Positions 1 to 10,394 of a stretch of 64,000 bases of DNA are shown here, piece by piece; position 1 is the first letter of the stretch, and every line of letters begins with the position of its first letter. Location: NCBI GenBank assembly GCA_048887145.1, contig JBHLKA010000001.1, positions 212-64,211 of the forward strand, read 5' to 3'. A model generated the notes under the pieces. It saw nothing but the letters and a program-made list of their open reading frames with translations, searched no databases and was not told the origin of the DNA. A program made the translations under genes and the position numbers. This DNA comes from Candidatus Hodarchaeota archaeon (GTDB taxonomy: Archaea > Asgardarchaeota > Lokiarchaeia > Sigyniarchaeales > SOKP01).

Positions 1-320
1 ATCCATTTCTTTTTAGGTATCAATAATTCTCCACCAATATACATACCCAAAGTTATACCCGGAGCAGCCCACATATAACTTAGTAATGGATATACCCAAT
101 ATGGTTCAATATTAGTGTCTGTTATAAGAATTTTAATAAAATCGGTGGTTGGCCCTAACCATAATAATCCAACAAAAATAATAGTCAATGCAGTTACCGT
201 TAGAAGTTTAGCTTTCATTTTTCTTGCTTTATATAACCCGTAAAAACCTATTATTAGATTTAAAGTAAGTACACCCAAGGCAGAAATCCCGTTAAGCCAT
301 TCTACGTATGTAGCGAACAT
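1..320 (-). CDS. Membrane protein, truncated by the window edge (N-terminal part present)
   Basis: My own minus-strand translation from the ATG (complement of 318-320) gives MFATYVEWLNGISALGVLTLNLIIGFYGLYKARKMKAKLLTVTALTIIFVGLLWLG... It stays open to position 1 and has hydrophobic TM-like stretches. It is absent from the ORF track because it runs off the edge. Confidence 0.4.
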   Translation of the reverse strand, partial: MFATYVEWLNGISALGVLTLNLIIGFYGLYKARKMKAKLLTVTALTIIFVGLLWLGPTTDFIKILITDTNIEPYWVYPLLSYMWAAPGITLGMYIGGELLIPKKKW

Positions 321-631
321 TTTTATTATTCACCTTTTTCTAATTTAAAAAATTAATTTTTAATACTTTACATATAATAGAATTATTTTTGTTTAAAAGA
401 TATAATAATATACGGGTATGCAATATTTATACTTTTAGGCTAATTTGTTTCATTAAAGATACGTACTGGATTTGGATGGCTACTTTTAATCCAAGTTATT
501 TTATTCGGACCATTTTTTGGGCTCTAGGGTGAAGTTTAGATTTTACTTTGAGAAAAAAAAGGAGTAAGGACTAAATTCAATTCAAAGGATTAAAAAAAAT
601 TCTATAATTTTTAATTAATTTTAACTAAATT

Positions 632-1939
632 TTATTTATTAATTTTCACGTCAGCTTCTTTTTCTAAATAGATTTCATAAAACCAATCCACGATATATTG
701 AAGAAAAACACGTTCTCTAAGAACATCAAAATGAGATTTTTCTTTTAAACTTGTGAGTTTTGCTATATCTTCAGATCTTAACTTTCCATCTGCTAATAAA
801 TCCATTCTAGCTTTAAATTGGTCTATCATTTCAATTGGTCTTAAAATTTTAGAAATTCTTTTTGAAATTTTATAAATTAACTTTTGAAAATGTTCGTTTT
901 TATTGATTAAAATTGAAATATTAGACTCGAAAAAATATTTAATTTTACTTAAAATCTCTTCCTTTTTATAATAATTAATTAAGTTCTTAGGTTTAAGTAA
1001 TTCTAAGAGGTATGCATTTAATTTATCTATTATTGAACCCTCAACATTAAGATCAATTAATTCTTGCTTTAGTTTCAGTAAAAACTGTTCAGTTAAGAAT
1101 TGTTTGTATTTTATTATTATAGCATCATTTTCTTTTACATCAGAGCAGATTTCAATTACCTCCCCCTTGGGTGTTGAAAAGGTGAATCCAAATCCTTGAG
1201 GACCAATTCCATATAAAATAATCATTGATAAGCTATAGAATTTATATTGTTCTTGAGAAGCAATTCTTTTCATGTTTTTTAAGATGTTTTTTGGTGAAAC
1301 TAAATGTTTTTTATTTGCAAACATAAATTCGAAAAATTTCTCATCCTTATTCATATATTTCTTATTAAATGAGGTAATAAAATCCTCTAAATTACCCAAT
1401 AATTTAACAGTTAATCCATAAACGTTATATTCGTTTAAATAATTTAATATTAAATTTATATCATAACTATGATTAGAATAATAAGAAAATTCGCTAAAAA
1501 AGTTTATGTAATAGTTATATAAATTGGAAGGCATTGCTTTTCTAACGTAAAGGATAAAACTATTAGAAACAATTCCAAATAAATCAATTAAATTAGTAAT
1601 GAATAGGGAATCTTTTTTAATATTTTCAACAATTTTTAATTCTGAATCAGTTAAATCTTTATCAACTAAATCGTATTTATTAACAAACCTCAAAATATTA
1701 AAAATCTCACCTAAATTAAGATTTCTAATGCATTCTACTAATAAATTGGAAATTATTTCAAATCGATTAGGAATTTTACGGGGATCGATAAAAACATCTA
1801 AATCTGTCGATTTCTCAATTAATTCTCCAACTTTTTCAAATTTTTTATTTTTTAAAAAGTAAGATATATATCCATGATATTTATTTTCTAACTCTCTTCT
1901 TTTTGATTCACTTTGTATGCTCAATTTGAATTCATCCAA
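632..1939 (-). CDS. Hypothetical protein (435 aa), downstream partner of a Roadblock/LC7 gene
   Basis: Long ORF with no P-loop or other motif I recognise. It starts at TTG with an in-frame TAG 12 nt upstream. It lies 101 nt downstream of the Roadblock gene on the same strand. Confidence 0.55.
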   Translation of the reverse strand: MDEFKLSIQSESKRRELENKYHGYISYFLKNKKFEKVGELIEKSTDLDVFIDPRKIPNRFEIISNLLVECIRNLNLGEIFNILRFVNKYDLVDKDLTDSELKIVENIKKDSLFITNLIDLFGIVSNSFILYVRKAMPSNLYNYYINFFSEFSYYSNHSYDINLILNYLNEYNVYGLTVKLLGNLEDFITSFNKKYMNKDEKFFEFMFANKKHLVSPKNILKNMKRIASQEQYKFYSLSMIILYGIGPQGFGFTFSTPKGEVIEICSDVKENDAIIIKYKQFLTEQFLLKLKQELIDLNVEGSIIDKLNAYLLELLKPKNLINYYKKEEILSKIKYFFESNISILINKNEHFQKLIYKISKRISKILRPIEMIDQFKARMDLLADGKLRSEDIAKLTSLKEKSHFDVLRERVFLQYIVDWFYEIYLEKEADVKINK

Positions 1940-2040
1940 TCCCTTTTTCTATAGATTGATTTAAAGTTTGAATTCTCTGTTGATATCTTTGAAGAATTAG
2001 CAATTCTAAAATCAATCATATAATTTTTCTATCATTAAAA

Positions 2041-2412
2041 TTAATCCAATAAAGCTGCTATTCTATTTGCGACACTCTGAATGTTGAGAAAAACCATTCC
2101 TAAACTTGCGTTAGCATGGCATAATGTACATAATATAGCATTTTCACCAGCTTTAGATAAAATTATAATTCCACTTACACCCTCAATAAGAATCCTTTTT
2201 AAACCTCCACGATCTAATTCCTCAACCGCTCTTTCTGATACACTCTGAATTGCTGCTGACATAGCAGATACAATACCATCATTTACATCACGGCTTAAAA
2301 CAGAACAAATTGGAAGTCCTTGTACACTAACAATAGCAGACCCTTCTATATCCGAATTTACAGCAGATAATTTTCTTAGTAGATCTGTAAGTTCACTGAT
2401 GTTTTCAGACAA
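2041..2412 (-). CDS. Roadblock/LC7 (MglB-like) domain protein
   Basis: 123 aa. The pattern is typical of Robl/LC7: L..L......IEGSAIVS.QGLPI.S.......DG..SAM.AA....SER...EL..G.L....IEG..G.I.L...G. Confidence 0.8.
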   Translation of the reverse strand: MSENISELTDLLRKLSAVNSDIEGSAIVSVQGLPICSVLSRDVNDGIVSAMSAAIQSVSERAVEELDRGGLKRILIEGVSGIIILSKAGENAILCTLCHANASLGMVFLNIQSVANRIAALLD

Positions 2413-2639
2413 AATTTATTTCCTCCATAATGTATTATGTTGTAGAATTAATCTCCTTAACTTTTTCCTCAACAATAATGTAAATTAAATGGGTGATAAA
2501 TTATTCTATTATATGATCTATTAAAATTAACTATATTTAATTATTAATATTTACTTTATTTATTTTTATTTTTATTTTTAGTGTGAAATAATAAGCTTTT
2601 AAAAAATATTTTTATCAAAATTTACATTTACTGATTTTA

Positions 2640-3620
2640 ATGAGTAAGGATCAAAAATTAAAAAGTAGACCTGATGAAAAGAAAAGTAAAGAGGAATTAG
2701 AAAAAGAAGCTGAAGAAAAACAACATGAAATTGAATCACTCAGAAAAGCGGGAAAAATAGCTCAAGAAGTTAAAAGCTTTATTAAACCAAGGATAAAAAT
2801 AGAAGCTAAAGTTTTAGATTTAATTGAATCAACAGAATCTAAAATAGTGGAATTAGGAGGAAGCTGTGCTTTTCCTGTAAATGTAGGAATAAATAATATC
2901 GCAGCTCATTATACATCTCCATTAAGAGATGATAATCTAGTGATAAAGGATGGAGATATTGTAAAAATTGATTTAGGTGTACATATTGACGGATATCTTG
3001 TTGATACGGCTTTTACTATAAACTTTAATGATGAAAAAGCATTAGAAAATATTATTCAAGCAACAGAAGTGGCTGTAGAAGCAGCAAAAATGATGGCAAA
3101 ACCAAAAATTAATACAAAAGATATAGGAAAGAAAATTGAAGATATTGTAAGAGGATTTAAATATATTCCAATTAAAGAACTAGGTGGACATCAAGTTGAA
3201 AGATGGACAGTTCATGGCAAAAAACAATTACCTGAATTAGGATCTCAAAGCGGTGATATAATGGAAGAAGGAGATGTGTTTGCTGTCGAAATATTTGCCT
3301 CAACAGGAAACGGCTCTGTTCATTACACAAATGCCTCATATATTTACGAACTTAATCCCTATACTGGAAGGGTTCCTTTAAGAAGAAAATTTTCAAAACA
3401 GATCTTAGGATTTATTAATAAAAATTATAAAACCCTGCCGTTTGCTGAAAGATGGTTAGGTAAAGAATTTAGAATGGGTGTTCTTTTTGGAATTCAAGAA
3501 CTAGTACAACAAGATAAATTAAAAGTTCATAATGTTTTAGCAGAACAAAAAGGTACTTTCGTAGCTCAAACTGAAGAAACTATATTAATAACTGAGGATG
3601 GTTATGAACAACTAACTTAA
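2640..3620 (+). CDS. map: Methionine aminopeptidase, type 2 (archaeal/eukaryotic MetAP2 class) with a charged N-terminal extension
   Basis: Matches include LRKAGKIAQEV, GGSCAFPVNVGINNIAAHYTSP, GDIVKIDLGVHIDGYLVDTAFT, LGGHQVER, GDVFAVEIFASTG and LPFAERWL. It aligns to Pyrococcus-type MetAP from about residue 31 onward. Confidence 0.9.
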   Translation: MSKDQKLKSRPDEKKSKEELEKEAEEKQHEIESLRKAGKIAQEVKSFIKPRIKIEAKVLDLIESTESKIVELGGSCAFPVNVGINNIAAHYTSPLRDDNLVIKDGDIVKIDLGVHIDGYLVDTAFTINFNDEKALENIIQATEVAVEAAKMMAKPKINTKDIGKKIEDIVRGFKYIPIKELGGHQVERWTVHGKKQLPELGSQSGDIMEEGDVFAVEIFASTGNGSVHYTNASYIYELNPYTGRVPLRRKFSKQILGFINKNYKTLPFAERWLGKEFRMGVLFGIQELVQQDKLKVHNVLAEQKGTFVAQTEETILITEDGYEQLT

Positions 3621-3663
3621 CTTATATTTATTATCAATTGAAAATAGAAAAAAAATTCTGCAT

Positions 3664-4773
3664 ATGAAAAAGTTGAAAATTGCTCTTGTTTCTTTAACAA
3701 TTTCTCCAGATAGTCAAGATGGAAGCGCAAAATTTTTTTCAGGGATATATAATTATCTGAAAAATAGAGGTCATGACGTTAAGGTTATAACTGGTAGATG
3801 GAACCTCAATTTAGTTGATCCAAATATCTCACAAATTAAAATAATTCGAAAGAGTTATTTATGGATACCTCAATTCGCATTAAATGTTATTAAATTTCTA
3901 ACAAATATTGATTTTGATATTATTCATGGAAATGGACCTAAAGGTACTTTACCCTTACTATTATACAATAAAAATAATTTCATCTCAACTATTCATGATC
4001 TAGGACCTATTGAATCTAGTTTTTCAGTCATCCCAATTGAGAAGCTTTTAATTAAGGAAGTTATTAAAAAGGCTAATATCATAACAACATGTTCAGAATA
4101 TACAAGACAGCAAATTAAGAATTTCTTCCCTAAAATTGACCTAAAAAAAGTTCATAATTTATATTCGGCTATTGAAAGCAAGTTTAAACCTTATCCTAAA
4201 AAAGCAGAGCAACTTAAAGAAAATTTAGGGTTAAAAGGTCCAGTAGCTTTATATATTGGACGTATAGCCTTATATAAGGATATCGAAAATGTTATTAGAG
4301 CATATAAATATGCAAAAAGAGAAATCCCAAATCTCGAATTAGTAATTGGTGGAACTCCAGATTTTTATATGAAGGAAACTTATAAAAGGTGGAAACAAAA
4401 ATATAAAGATATTCATTTTATTGGGTTCATTCCAGAAGTAGAACTACCTATTTATTATAGCTTGGGTGATGTTTTTATTACTTATTCATATTCTTCAGAA
4501 GGATTTGGACTAACTCCAATTGAAGCAATTGCTTGTGGGACTCCTGCTATTTGCTCTTCTATAGGAGCATATAGAGAAGTTTTACAAAACCATGCGATTT
4601 TTGTTCCACCAAAAAACCCGAAATTTTTAGCAAAAGAACTAATTAATTTAATTAAAAGTGATGAAAAGCGCAGAGAATTACTTAAGCATGCTCAAGAATT
4701 TATATCCAGATATTCATGGAATTCTGTTGGAAAAAAATTAGAGGAAGTTTATGAAAAATTCTTATCAATATAA
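3664..4773 (+). CDS. Glycosyltransferase, family 4 (GT-B, retaining)
   Basis: C-terminal GT4 signature: YSSEGFGLTPIEAIACGTPAICSSIGAYREV. 369 aa. Confidence 0.85.
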   Translation: MKKLKIALVSLTISPDSQDGSAKFFSGIYNYLKNRGHDVKVITGRWNLNLVDPNISQIKIIRKSYLWIPQFALNVIKFLTNIDFDIIHGNGPKGTLPLLLYNKNNFISTIHDLGPIESSFSVIPIEKLLIKEVIKKANIITTCSEYTRQQIKNFFPKIDLKKVHNLYSAIESKFKPYPKKAEQLKENLGLKGPVALYIGRIALYKDIENVIRAYKYAKREIPNLELVIGGTPDFYMKETYKRWKQKYKDIHFIGFIPEVELPIYYSLGDVFITYSYSSEGFGLTPIEAIACGTPAICSSIGAYREVLQNHAIFVPPKNPKFLAKELINLIKSDEKRRELLKHAQEFISRYSWNSVGKKLEEVYEKFLSI

Positions 4774-4774
4774 A

Positions 4775-5845
4775 TTAGTTTTCTATTTTTTTACTAAATT
4801 CATTCAAGGCAATTTCTATTGGATTTTCGAATTGTCTTAATTTTTCTTTTGTATCTATTTTGTAATTCTTTTCTAAAAATTTTAAAGCGGTATTAATTAT
4901 TAAATTGGCATTCTTTACATGTTTTAACGGAAAACCATTATCTATAAGAAATTGCTCTTGAGGGTAAGTAGCTAATGGAAAAAATTCTATTGATGGAACA
5001 CCTAATAGCGCAGATTCTCTAACCATCGTCCCTCCTCCAGTTATAACCATTTTAGCATAAAACATAAAATGTGCTAGATTGTTTAATCCAGTGTATACTC
5101 TTATTACATTTTGTTTTATAGATTCCTTGAAAAATTTACTTAAGTATTTAAATTGTTCAACATTCCGGGTTAATATTAAAAATTTAAAATCAACTTCATT
5201 TTCAAGTAATTTTGGTATAATTTCACTCAATTTGGTTTCATGCGGAGCCATTTTATCTGTTAAATAGCCTGCTTTTGATGGCTCTGTTCGACATACAATA
5301 TACTTTTCAGGATTAAGCCCATGGGCTTTAATAATTTCTCTATTTGGTTTAAAATCAGAAAGCCATCCAACCTCATCAATCCCATTAAATCTAATTATTT
5401 TCTCCTCCTTTAATCCATAATCCAAATACCACTCGATAGGAATACATTGAGGAACTATAATTTGGTTAACATATGGAAACGTTGTGGAGCATGGGCCATA
5501 AGATCGCGGTTCGTCGTTAAACATAATATTAGGAATTTGAAGACCGAAAGAAATTCTCATCGCTTCTGGAGAAGTGATACAAAACAAAAAATTAGGCTTT
5601 CTTTTTATTATAATTTTTATTAACTTTGATAACCTATTCGAATATGCTAATAACTTTCCTTTTAGTGTTCCACCACCATAGCTTCCTACAGGAGTATAAT
5701 TGATACCCCACTGATCTAATAAGAAGTGAGTAGAATCAAAATCCCTAGCTGTTATAAAGACGTTATGATCACCTATTAATTTCTCATATAAAGGTCTTAA
5801 CATAGTCACACTTTTAGGTTCGCAAAAATCTAACCATATTTTCAT
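4775..5845 (-). CDS. DUF354-family protein (GT-B/epimerase-like, glycan biosynthesis associated)
   Basis: The N-terminus MKIWLDFCEPKSVTMLRPLYEKL... resembles the DUF354 start (MKIWIDI..PK....F.PLI.EL). GGGTMVRESALLGVPSIE is a GT-B-like C-terminal motif. Confidence 0.5.
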   Translation of the reverse strand: MKIWLDFCEPKSVTMLRPLYEKLIGDHNVFITARDFDSTHFLLDQWGINYTPVGSYGGGTLKGKLLAYSNRLSKLIKIIIKRKPNFLFCITSPEAMRISFGLQIPNIMFNDEPRSYGPCSTTFPYVNQIIVPQCIPIEWYLDYGLKEEKIIRFNGIDEVGWLSDFKPNREIIKAHGLNPEKYIVCRTEPSKAGYLTDKMAPHETKLSEIIPKLLENEVDFKFLILTRNVEQFKYLSKFFKESIKQNVIRVYTGLNNLAHFMFYAKMVITGGGTMVRESALLGVPSIEFFPLATYPQEQFLIDNGFPLKHVKNANLIINTALKFLEKNYKIDTKEKLRQFENPIEIALNEFSKKIEN

Positions 5846-5867
5846 GAAATCCCTTCTAAGTATTTAA

Positions 5868-6872
5868 TTATACACGTGGTTTATAGTTCCAAAATTCTGG
5901 ATTTTTTTTTATCCATTCAAGTTCTTTCTTTATACCTTCAATTAAACTCGTTTTTGGTTTATATCCCAATGTTTTATGAATTAAAGAATTATCAAGTATA
6001 AAATCTTGTAATTCTCCTGGTAACCTTTTTCGATCTGGTTGATACTTACTGGCTTTTCCTGGTGGAGGATTGTCAAAAATGGGGCTTATAGAATTTCCAA
6101 ATTGTTTTATTAAGATATGTGCTAAATCAATAATTGAATATGAGGTTCCTCCACCTACATTGAAAACCATACCATTGGCCTTTTCACTTTTTATTGCCAT
6201 AATATTTGCTGCAATAGCATCCGATATATAAACAAAATCCCTTCTTTGTTTACCGTCACCGAATATAACGGGTGATTTTCCCTCTAATAGACGTTTTATA
6301 AAAATTGTTAGTACTCTTCCGTACCATTCTCGAGGACCATATACTATTCCATATCTCAGAGAGATAGTTGGGAGGCTATATAATAAATAATATTGACTAC
6401 AATACTTCTCTCCTGCTAATTTACTTACACCATAAGGCCAATGAGGCATAAGAGGATGGTTTTCTGTTTCAGGAATAAATTGCGCTTGACCATAAACGCC
6501 TCCCGATGACGCATACACTAATTTTTTAACATTATTTTTTAGAGAAGCATTTAAAACATTTAGAGTCCCGATAATATTTGTTTTTAAGTCATGTAGGGTA
6601 TTTTCTATTCCCGTAAAAACTTCTAATTCAGCAGCATGGTGAGAAACAATGTCTATATTTTTCATGCATGAATTTAATTTGTTAAAATCTAATATATCGC
6701 CGTCAATAATCTCAACGGGTTTATTTTGGATGAAATCTTTAGTTCCTGTTGAAAAATTATCGTATATAATTATATTCCTTGCTTTCTCTTCTATAATGCG
6801 ATCTACTAAATGAGATCCTATAAATCCTGCTCCACCTGTTATTAAAACACTTTTATCTTTGATTTCCATCAT
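5868..6872 (-). CDS. NAD-dependent nucleotide-sugar epimerase/dehydratase (SDR family)
   Basis: Rossmann motif VLITGGAGFIGSHLVDRI, catalytic YGVSKLAGE (YxxxK), 334 aa. Confidence 0.85.
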   Translation of the reverse strand: MMEIKDKSVLITGGAGFIGSHLVDRIIEEKARNIIIYDNFSTGTKDFIQNKPVEIIDGDILDFNKLNSCMKNIDIVSHHAAELEVFTGIENTLHDLKTNIIGTLNVLNASLKNNVKKLVYASSGGVYGQAQFIPETENHPLMPHWPYGVSKLAGEKYCSQYYLLYSLPTISLRYGIVYGPREWYGRVLTIFIKRLLEGKSPVIFGDGKQRRDFVYISDAIAANIMAIKSEKANGMVFNVGGGTSYSIIDLAHILIKQFGNSISPIFDNPPPGKASKYQPDRKRLPGELQDFILDNSLIHKTLGYKPKTSLIEGIKKELEWIKKNPEFWNYKPRV

Positions 6873-7114
6873 GATTCCTTTTTAATTATTTATTTAGGAT
6901 TCTACTCCTCTAAATATTATCAAAAATCTATTACTTTGTTGAAAATGAATTTAACTATTATTATATAGTTAAATACTGTCCCTTTATTATATCTTTCATT
7001 ATATGTTTCAATAAAACTTCACATCTAAAGAGTTGTAGAAAAATTAATTTAAATTATGTTTAATTTCTTAAAGTCATATTTTATTTTTAAAAAAACAATT
7101 AAAAAATCGAATCT

Positions 7115-8479
7115 ATGATTTTAATATCACAATTTAATTGGGAAATACTTGAATTTTTTTATTTAGTCATTATATTTATCAGCGGCTTTTTTGTAACTTA
7201 TACATTTATACCTTATCTCATAAAATTTATGAGAAATAAAGGGTTTGTTGGTTATGATATTCACAAAAATGCAAAACCTGAAATTCCTGAGTCAGGAGGC
7301 TTAAGCCTTATCCTTGGTTTGACTGTAACTTCGTTATTCGCCATCATTTTTTTTCCTATTTTGCGTAATGAATTGCTAGTTTTTCTCTTAACGATTTTAT
7401 TATCCGGAGCAATAGGTTTTATTGATGATCGGATAAAATTAAGATCTTTATATAAGATTTTATTAACGGTTTTTACAGGAGCAATTATTTTTGTAGCAAA
7501 TTTTTTTGGTTTTATAACCATCCATTCTCCTACAATACCTTTTCTAGGATTTACAAGATTAACAAGAATTTATCCATATGTGGCTCCTTTCATCGTAGCT
7601 TTTTTTGCAAACACATCGAATATGCTAGAAGGATATAATGGTGAAGGTTCAGGGACATCATTAATTGCATTATGTTTTCTTCTAATTTGTGCAATATTTT
7701 GGAATTCTGCTGAAGCTGTAATATTCATTATTTCTGGAATTAGTGTTTTGATTCCTTTTTTCCTATATAATAAATTTCCTGCAAAAATCTTTCCTGGAGA
7801 TATAGGTACTTTAGGCACGGGTTCTCTTTTTGCGTGTATTGCATTATTAGGGTCATTAGAGGTTGCAGTATTTTGTGCACTTCTTATTCAAGTTATAAAT
7901 AGTTTTTATGTAATTAGTTCAGTAAAAGGTTTTTTAGAAAGCAGTCAGATTCAAACTCAGAAAAATGATATAATCCTTTTAGAGGATGATAGAATCAAAG
8001 CCTCAGATCAAAAGGATGCAGCATTAACCTTACCGAGATTAATCTTAGCAAAAGGACCATTAAAAGAACCAGAATTAATAAAACAATTTTATATTATTTC
8101 AATTATTTGTGGGATTTTTTCCATAACTGCCTTCTTATCTATACAATGGACATTGGGTAATTTAAATGCTCTTACCTTTTTCCTTATTTTCATGGTTTTT
8201 CTAGTTTTAATAATATTAATATCATACTTTTTTCCCAGAATAAGGGGAACCGTAATTTTGATGATAATTCTTTTAGCTATAATTAGTATATCATTGATTT
8301 TTATCGATTCTGTTATCATGTCGATTTTTCAAGAGGATATTAACTTAGGAATAATAGTAATTCCTAGTAATATCCTTTTTTCAATCCTTTTAGTTACTCC
8401 AGGATTAATATTATGGTATTTGTTAACAATCAAATTTTTTTGGAGAGAAATTGACAAAATGAAAGAATTGGGAACTTAG
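7115..8479 (+). CDS. Polyprenyl/dolichyl-phosphate N-acetylhexosamine-1-phosphate transferase (MraY/WecA/ALG7 family, AglH-like)
   Basis: Polytopic membrane protein with GFIDDRIKL, NMLEGYNGEGSG and FPGDIGTLGTG motifs of the GPT family. It has an extra C-terminal multi-TM extension. Confidence 0.75.
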   Translation: MILISQFNWEILEFFYLVIIFISGFFVTYTFIPYLIKFMRNKGFVGYDIHKNAKPEIPESGGLSLILGLTVTSLFAIIFFPILRNELLVFLLTILLSGAIGFIDDRIKLRSLYKILLTVFTGAIIFVANFFGFITIHSPTIPFLGFTRLTRIYPYVAPFIVAFFANTSNMLEGYNGEGSGTSLIALCFLLICAIFWNSAEAVIFIISGISVLIPFFLYNKFPAKIFPGDIGTLGTGSLFACIALLGSLEVAVFCALLIQVINSFYVISSVKGFLESSQIQTQKNDIILLEDDRIKASDQKDAALTLPRLILAKGPLKEPELIKQFYIISIICGIFSITAFLSIQWTLGNLNALTFFLIFMVFLVLIILISYFFPRIRGTVILMIILLAIISISLIFIDSVIMSIFQEDINLGIIVIPSNILFSILLVTPGLILWYLLTIKFFWREIDKMKELGT

Positions 8480-8586
8480 ACTTTTATGTAGAGTACAGCA
8501 TGATTCTCTTTAATTAAAACCCAATATTAATATTTTTCACAAAATTTTTGCAATCATAATTTTTATTAAATTACTTTAAGGCAATC

Positions 8587-9651
8587 ATGAAAAAAATATT
8601 AGTTACTGGTTCGGGAGGTCCAGCAGGAGTGAATTTTCTAAAATCGTTGAGCTTAGTTAAGGAGAAAATCCAATTATATGGTACAGATATTAATCCTTAT
8701 CATTTAGAATTTGGAAAACCCTGGACAAATAAAATGTTTTTAGTTCCTCGTGCAGTTTCAGATCAGTACATACCAAGCTTAAATGAGATAATAAATCAAT
8801 ATAAAATACAATTTATCCATCCTCAACCTGATATTGAGGTCTTTAAAGTTTCTGAAAATCGTGAAAAACTTAACGCAATTACATTTTTACCAAAAAAAGA
8901 TACAATTCGAACTTGTCAAGATAAATTTTTAAGTGCTGATATTTGGAGAAAAAAAAATTTTCCTTCTGTTAGAGCCATTGAAATAAGGGATACCCATTTA
9001 GAAAGTGATCTGGAAAATGCTTTTGATTGGTTAGGAGAAAAATTATGGATTCGTGCCAAAAAAGGTGCTGGTGGTACTGGAAGCACTCCAATTAAAAATG
9101 TAGAAACTGGAGTTAATTGGATTAAATATTGGCGTGCCCGCGGAAAAAAATGGGATTTTATTGCCCAAGAATATTTACCAGGCAGAAATATTGCTTTTCA
9201 AAGCATTTTTAAGAATGGAGAGTTAATTACCTCACAAGCTAGAGAAAGAATTGAATATATTTATCCTTATCTCGCTCCTTCGGGAGTTACGGGAACCCCT
9301 ATAGTAGCTAAAACTATACATGATGATAATGTAAACAAAATGGCAACTGAGACAGTATTAGCAATTGATCCAGACGCAACAGGCGTATTTTGTGTTGATT
9401 TAAAAGAAGATAAAAATGGAGAAATTTGCCCTACAGAAATTAATGCGGGTAGATTTTTTACAACGAGCTATTTTTTCTCTTATGCCGCTAAAAAATTCAA
9501 TAAACCTTTAGCAAACATGCCTTATATTTTGGTAAAACTTGCATTTAAAGAATCAATTCCTGAAAGTCAAAAATTCAATATTTTGCCAAAAGATCTCTAT
9601 TGGATAAGGCATATAGATTGCTCTGAACATTTAATTGAAGGGAAAGTTTAA
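8587..9651 (+). CDS. ATP-grasp domain protein
   Basis: Matches LVTGSGGPAGVN, KKGAGGTGS, IAQEYLPGRNIAFQS and CPTEINAGRF (the E.N.R of ATP-grasp). It sits in a glycan-biosynthesis neighbourhood. Confidence 0.65.
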   Translation: MKKILVTGSGGPAGVNFLKSLSLVKEKIQLYGTDINPYHLEFGKPWTNKMFLVPRAVSDQYIPSLNEIINQYKIQFIHPQPDIEVFKVSENREKLNAITFLPKKDTIRTCQDKFLSADIWRKKNFPSVRAIEIRDTHLESDLENAFDWLGEKLWIRAKKGAGGTGSTPIKNVETGVNWIKYWRARGKKWDFIAQEYLPGRNIAFQSIFKNGELITSQARERIEYIYPYLAPSGVTGTPIVAKTIHDDNVNKMATETVLAIDPDATGVFCVDLKEDKNGEICPTEINAGRFFTTSYFFSYAAKKFNKPLANMPYILVKLAFKESIPESQKFNILPKDLYWIRHIDCSEHLIEGKV

Positions 9652-9676
9652 CTGATATTAAAAAAGATTTCATATT

Positions 9677-9976
9677 TTAATATTCATTCGTACATTTACA
9701 GGGCTTATAACCACATTTTTTACACTGATTTGGGTATTTATTAAAGAGAGCATGCTCTAAATCAATGTTCAATAAGTTTGCTAATGAATTTGTCCACGCA
9801 ATGATATCAGCTAATTCTTCTGAAATTTTAGCAGTATCAATATTATTTTTTTTCAAAAGTGTTGCCAATTCACCAATTTCCTCTACTAACCATAAGAATG
9901 TATTTTTAATGCCTCTCTTACAATCTTTCTTAAAATATAACTCTTTCATTAAATCTTGAAACTCAGAAATCTTCAT
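9677..9976 (-). CDS. MazG-like nucleotide pyrophosphohydrolase domain protein with a Cys-rich C-terminal tail
   Basis: LVEEIGELA...EELADIIAW is the EExxE/ExxD MazG helix pair. The tail is CKKCGYKPCKC. Confidence 0.6.
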   Translation of the reverse strand: MKISEFQDLMKELYFKKDCKRGIKNTFLWLVEEIGELATLLKKNNIDTAKISEELADIIAWTNSLANLLNIDLEHALFNKYPNQCKKCGYKPCKCTNEY

Positions 9977-10017
9977 AATACAATCTTGTAAAGTGTAATA
10001 AAAATAAGTTATTTAAA

Positions 10018-10236
10018 TCAGCCAGGTGTAAATAACCATTCAAAAATACCAAGATGAGCAAAAATTACTATTAAAATTAATGCAACTGTCAAAATAACTG
10101 TACTAATAGGTCCCACCTTTATACCAATAGAACTATCCTCGAAAAACCTCATTAACCCCGCTCCTCCCATAGGCATTGGAGCAGTTCCACTTCGTCTTTT
10201 TCGGCGTCTTGATTGGGATCTTCTTTTTGTAGACAT
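10018..10236 (-). CDS. secG: Protein translocase subunit Sec61-beta (archaeal SecG)
   Basis: 72 aa with a basic N-terminus, GGAGLMRFFEDSS.GIKVGP, then a single C-terminal TM. This is the Sec61beta signature. Confidence 0.75.
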   Translation of the reverse strand: MSTKRRSQSRRRKRRSGTAPMPMGGAGLMRFFEDSSIGIKVGPISTVILTVALILIVIFAHLGIFEWLFTPG

Positions 10237-10394
10237 GATTTCTAATTTATCAAAAAGTTTTTAATCAGGAATTATTTTAATATAGAATTCTATTAATATT
10301 AAGTTTTATCCCGAATTATAAAAATAAAATTAAATAAATTTTTATTATTTATTTTAATTATTTGTAGTTAATTTAAGGAGTAAAATATAAAGAT

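Noticed and set aside
1940-2040. A 33-codon ATG ORF on the minus strand between the Roadblock gene and the 435-aa ORF overlaps the TTG start of the latter. I considered a frameshift or mis-assembled N-terminus.
   Set aside because: The peptide (MIDFRIANSSKISTENSNFKSIYRKRDWMNSN) looks non-protein-like. There is no slippery heptamer at the junction. The TTG start with an upstream in-frame TAG is sufficient.
2541-2600. A T-rich microsatellite-like stretch, (TTTATT/TTTTTA)n, upstream of the MetAP gene.
   Set aside because: It is short and imperfect, and typical of AT-rich archaeal intergenic or promoter DNA. It is not a structured repeat or a CRISPR.
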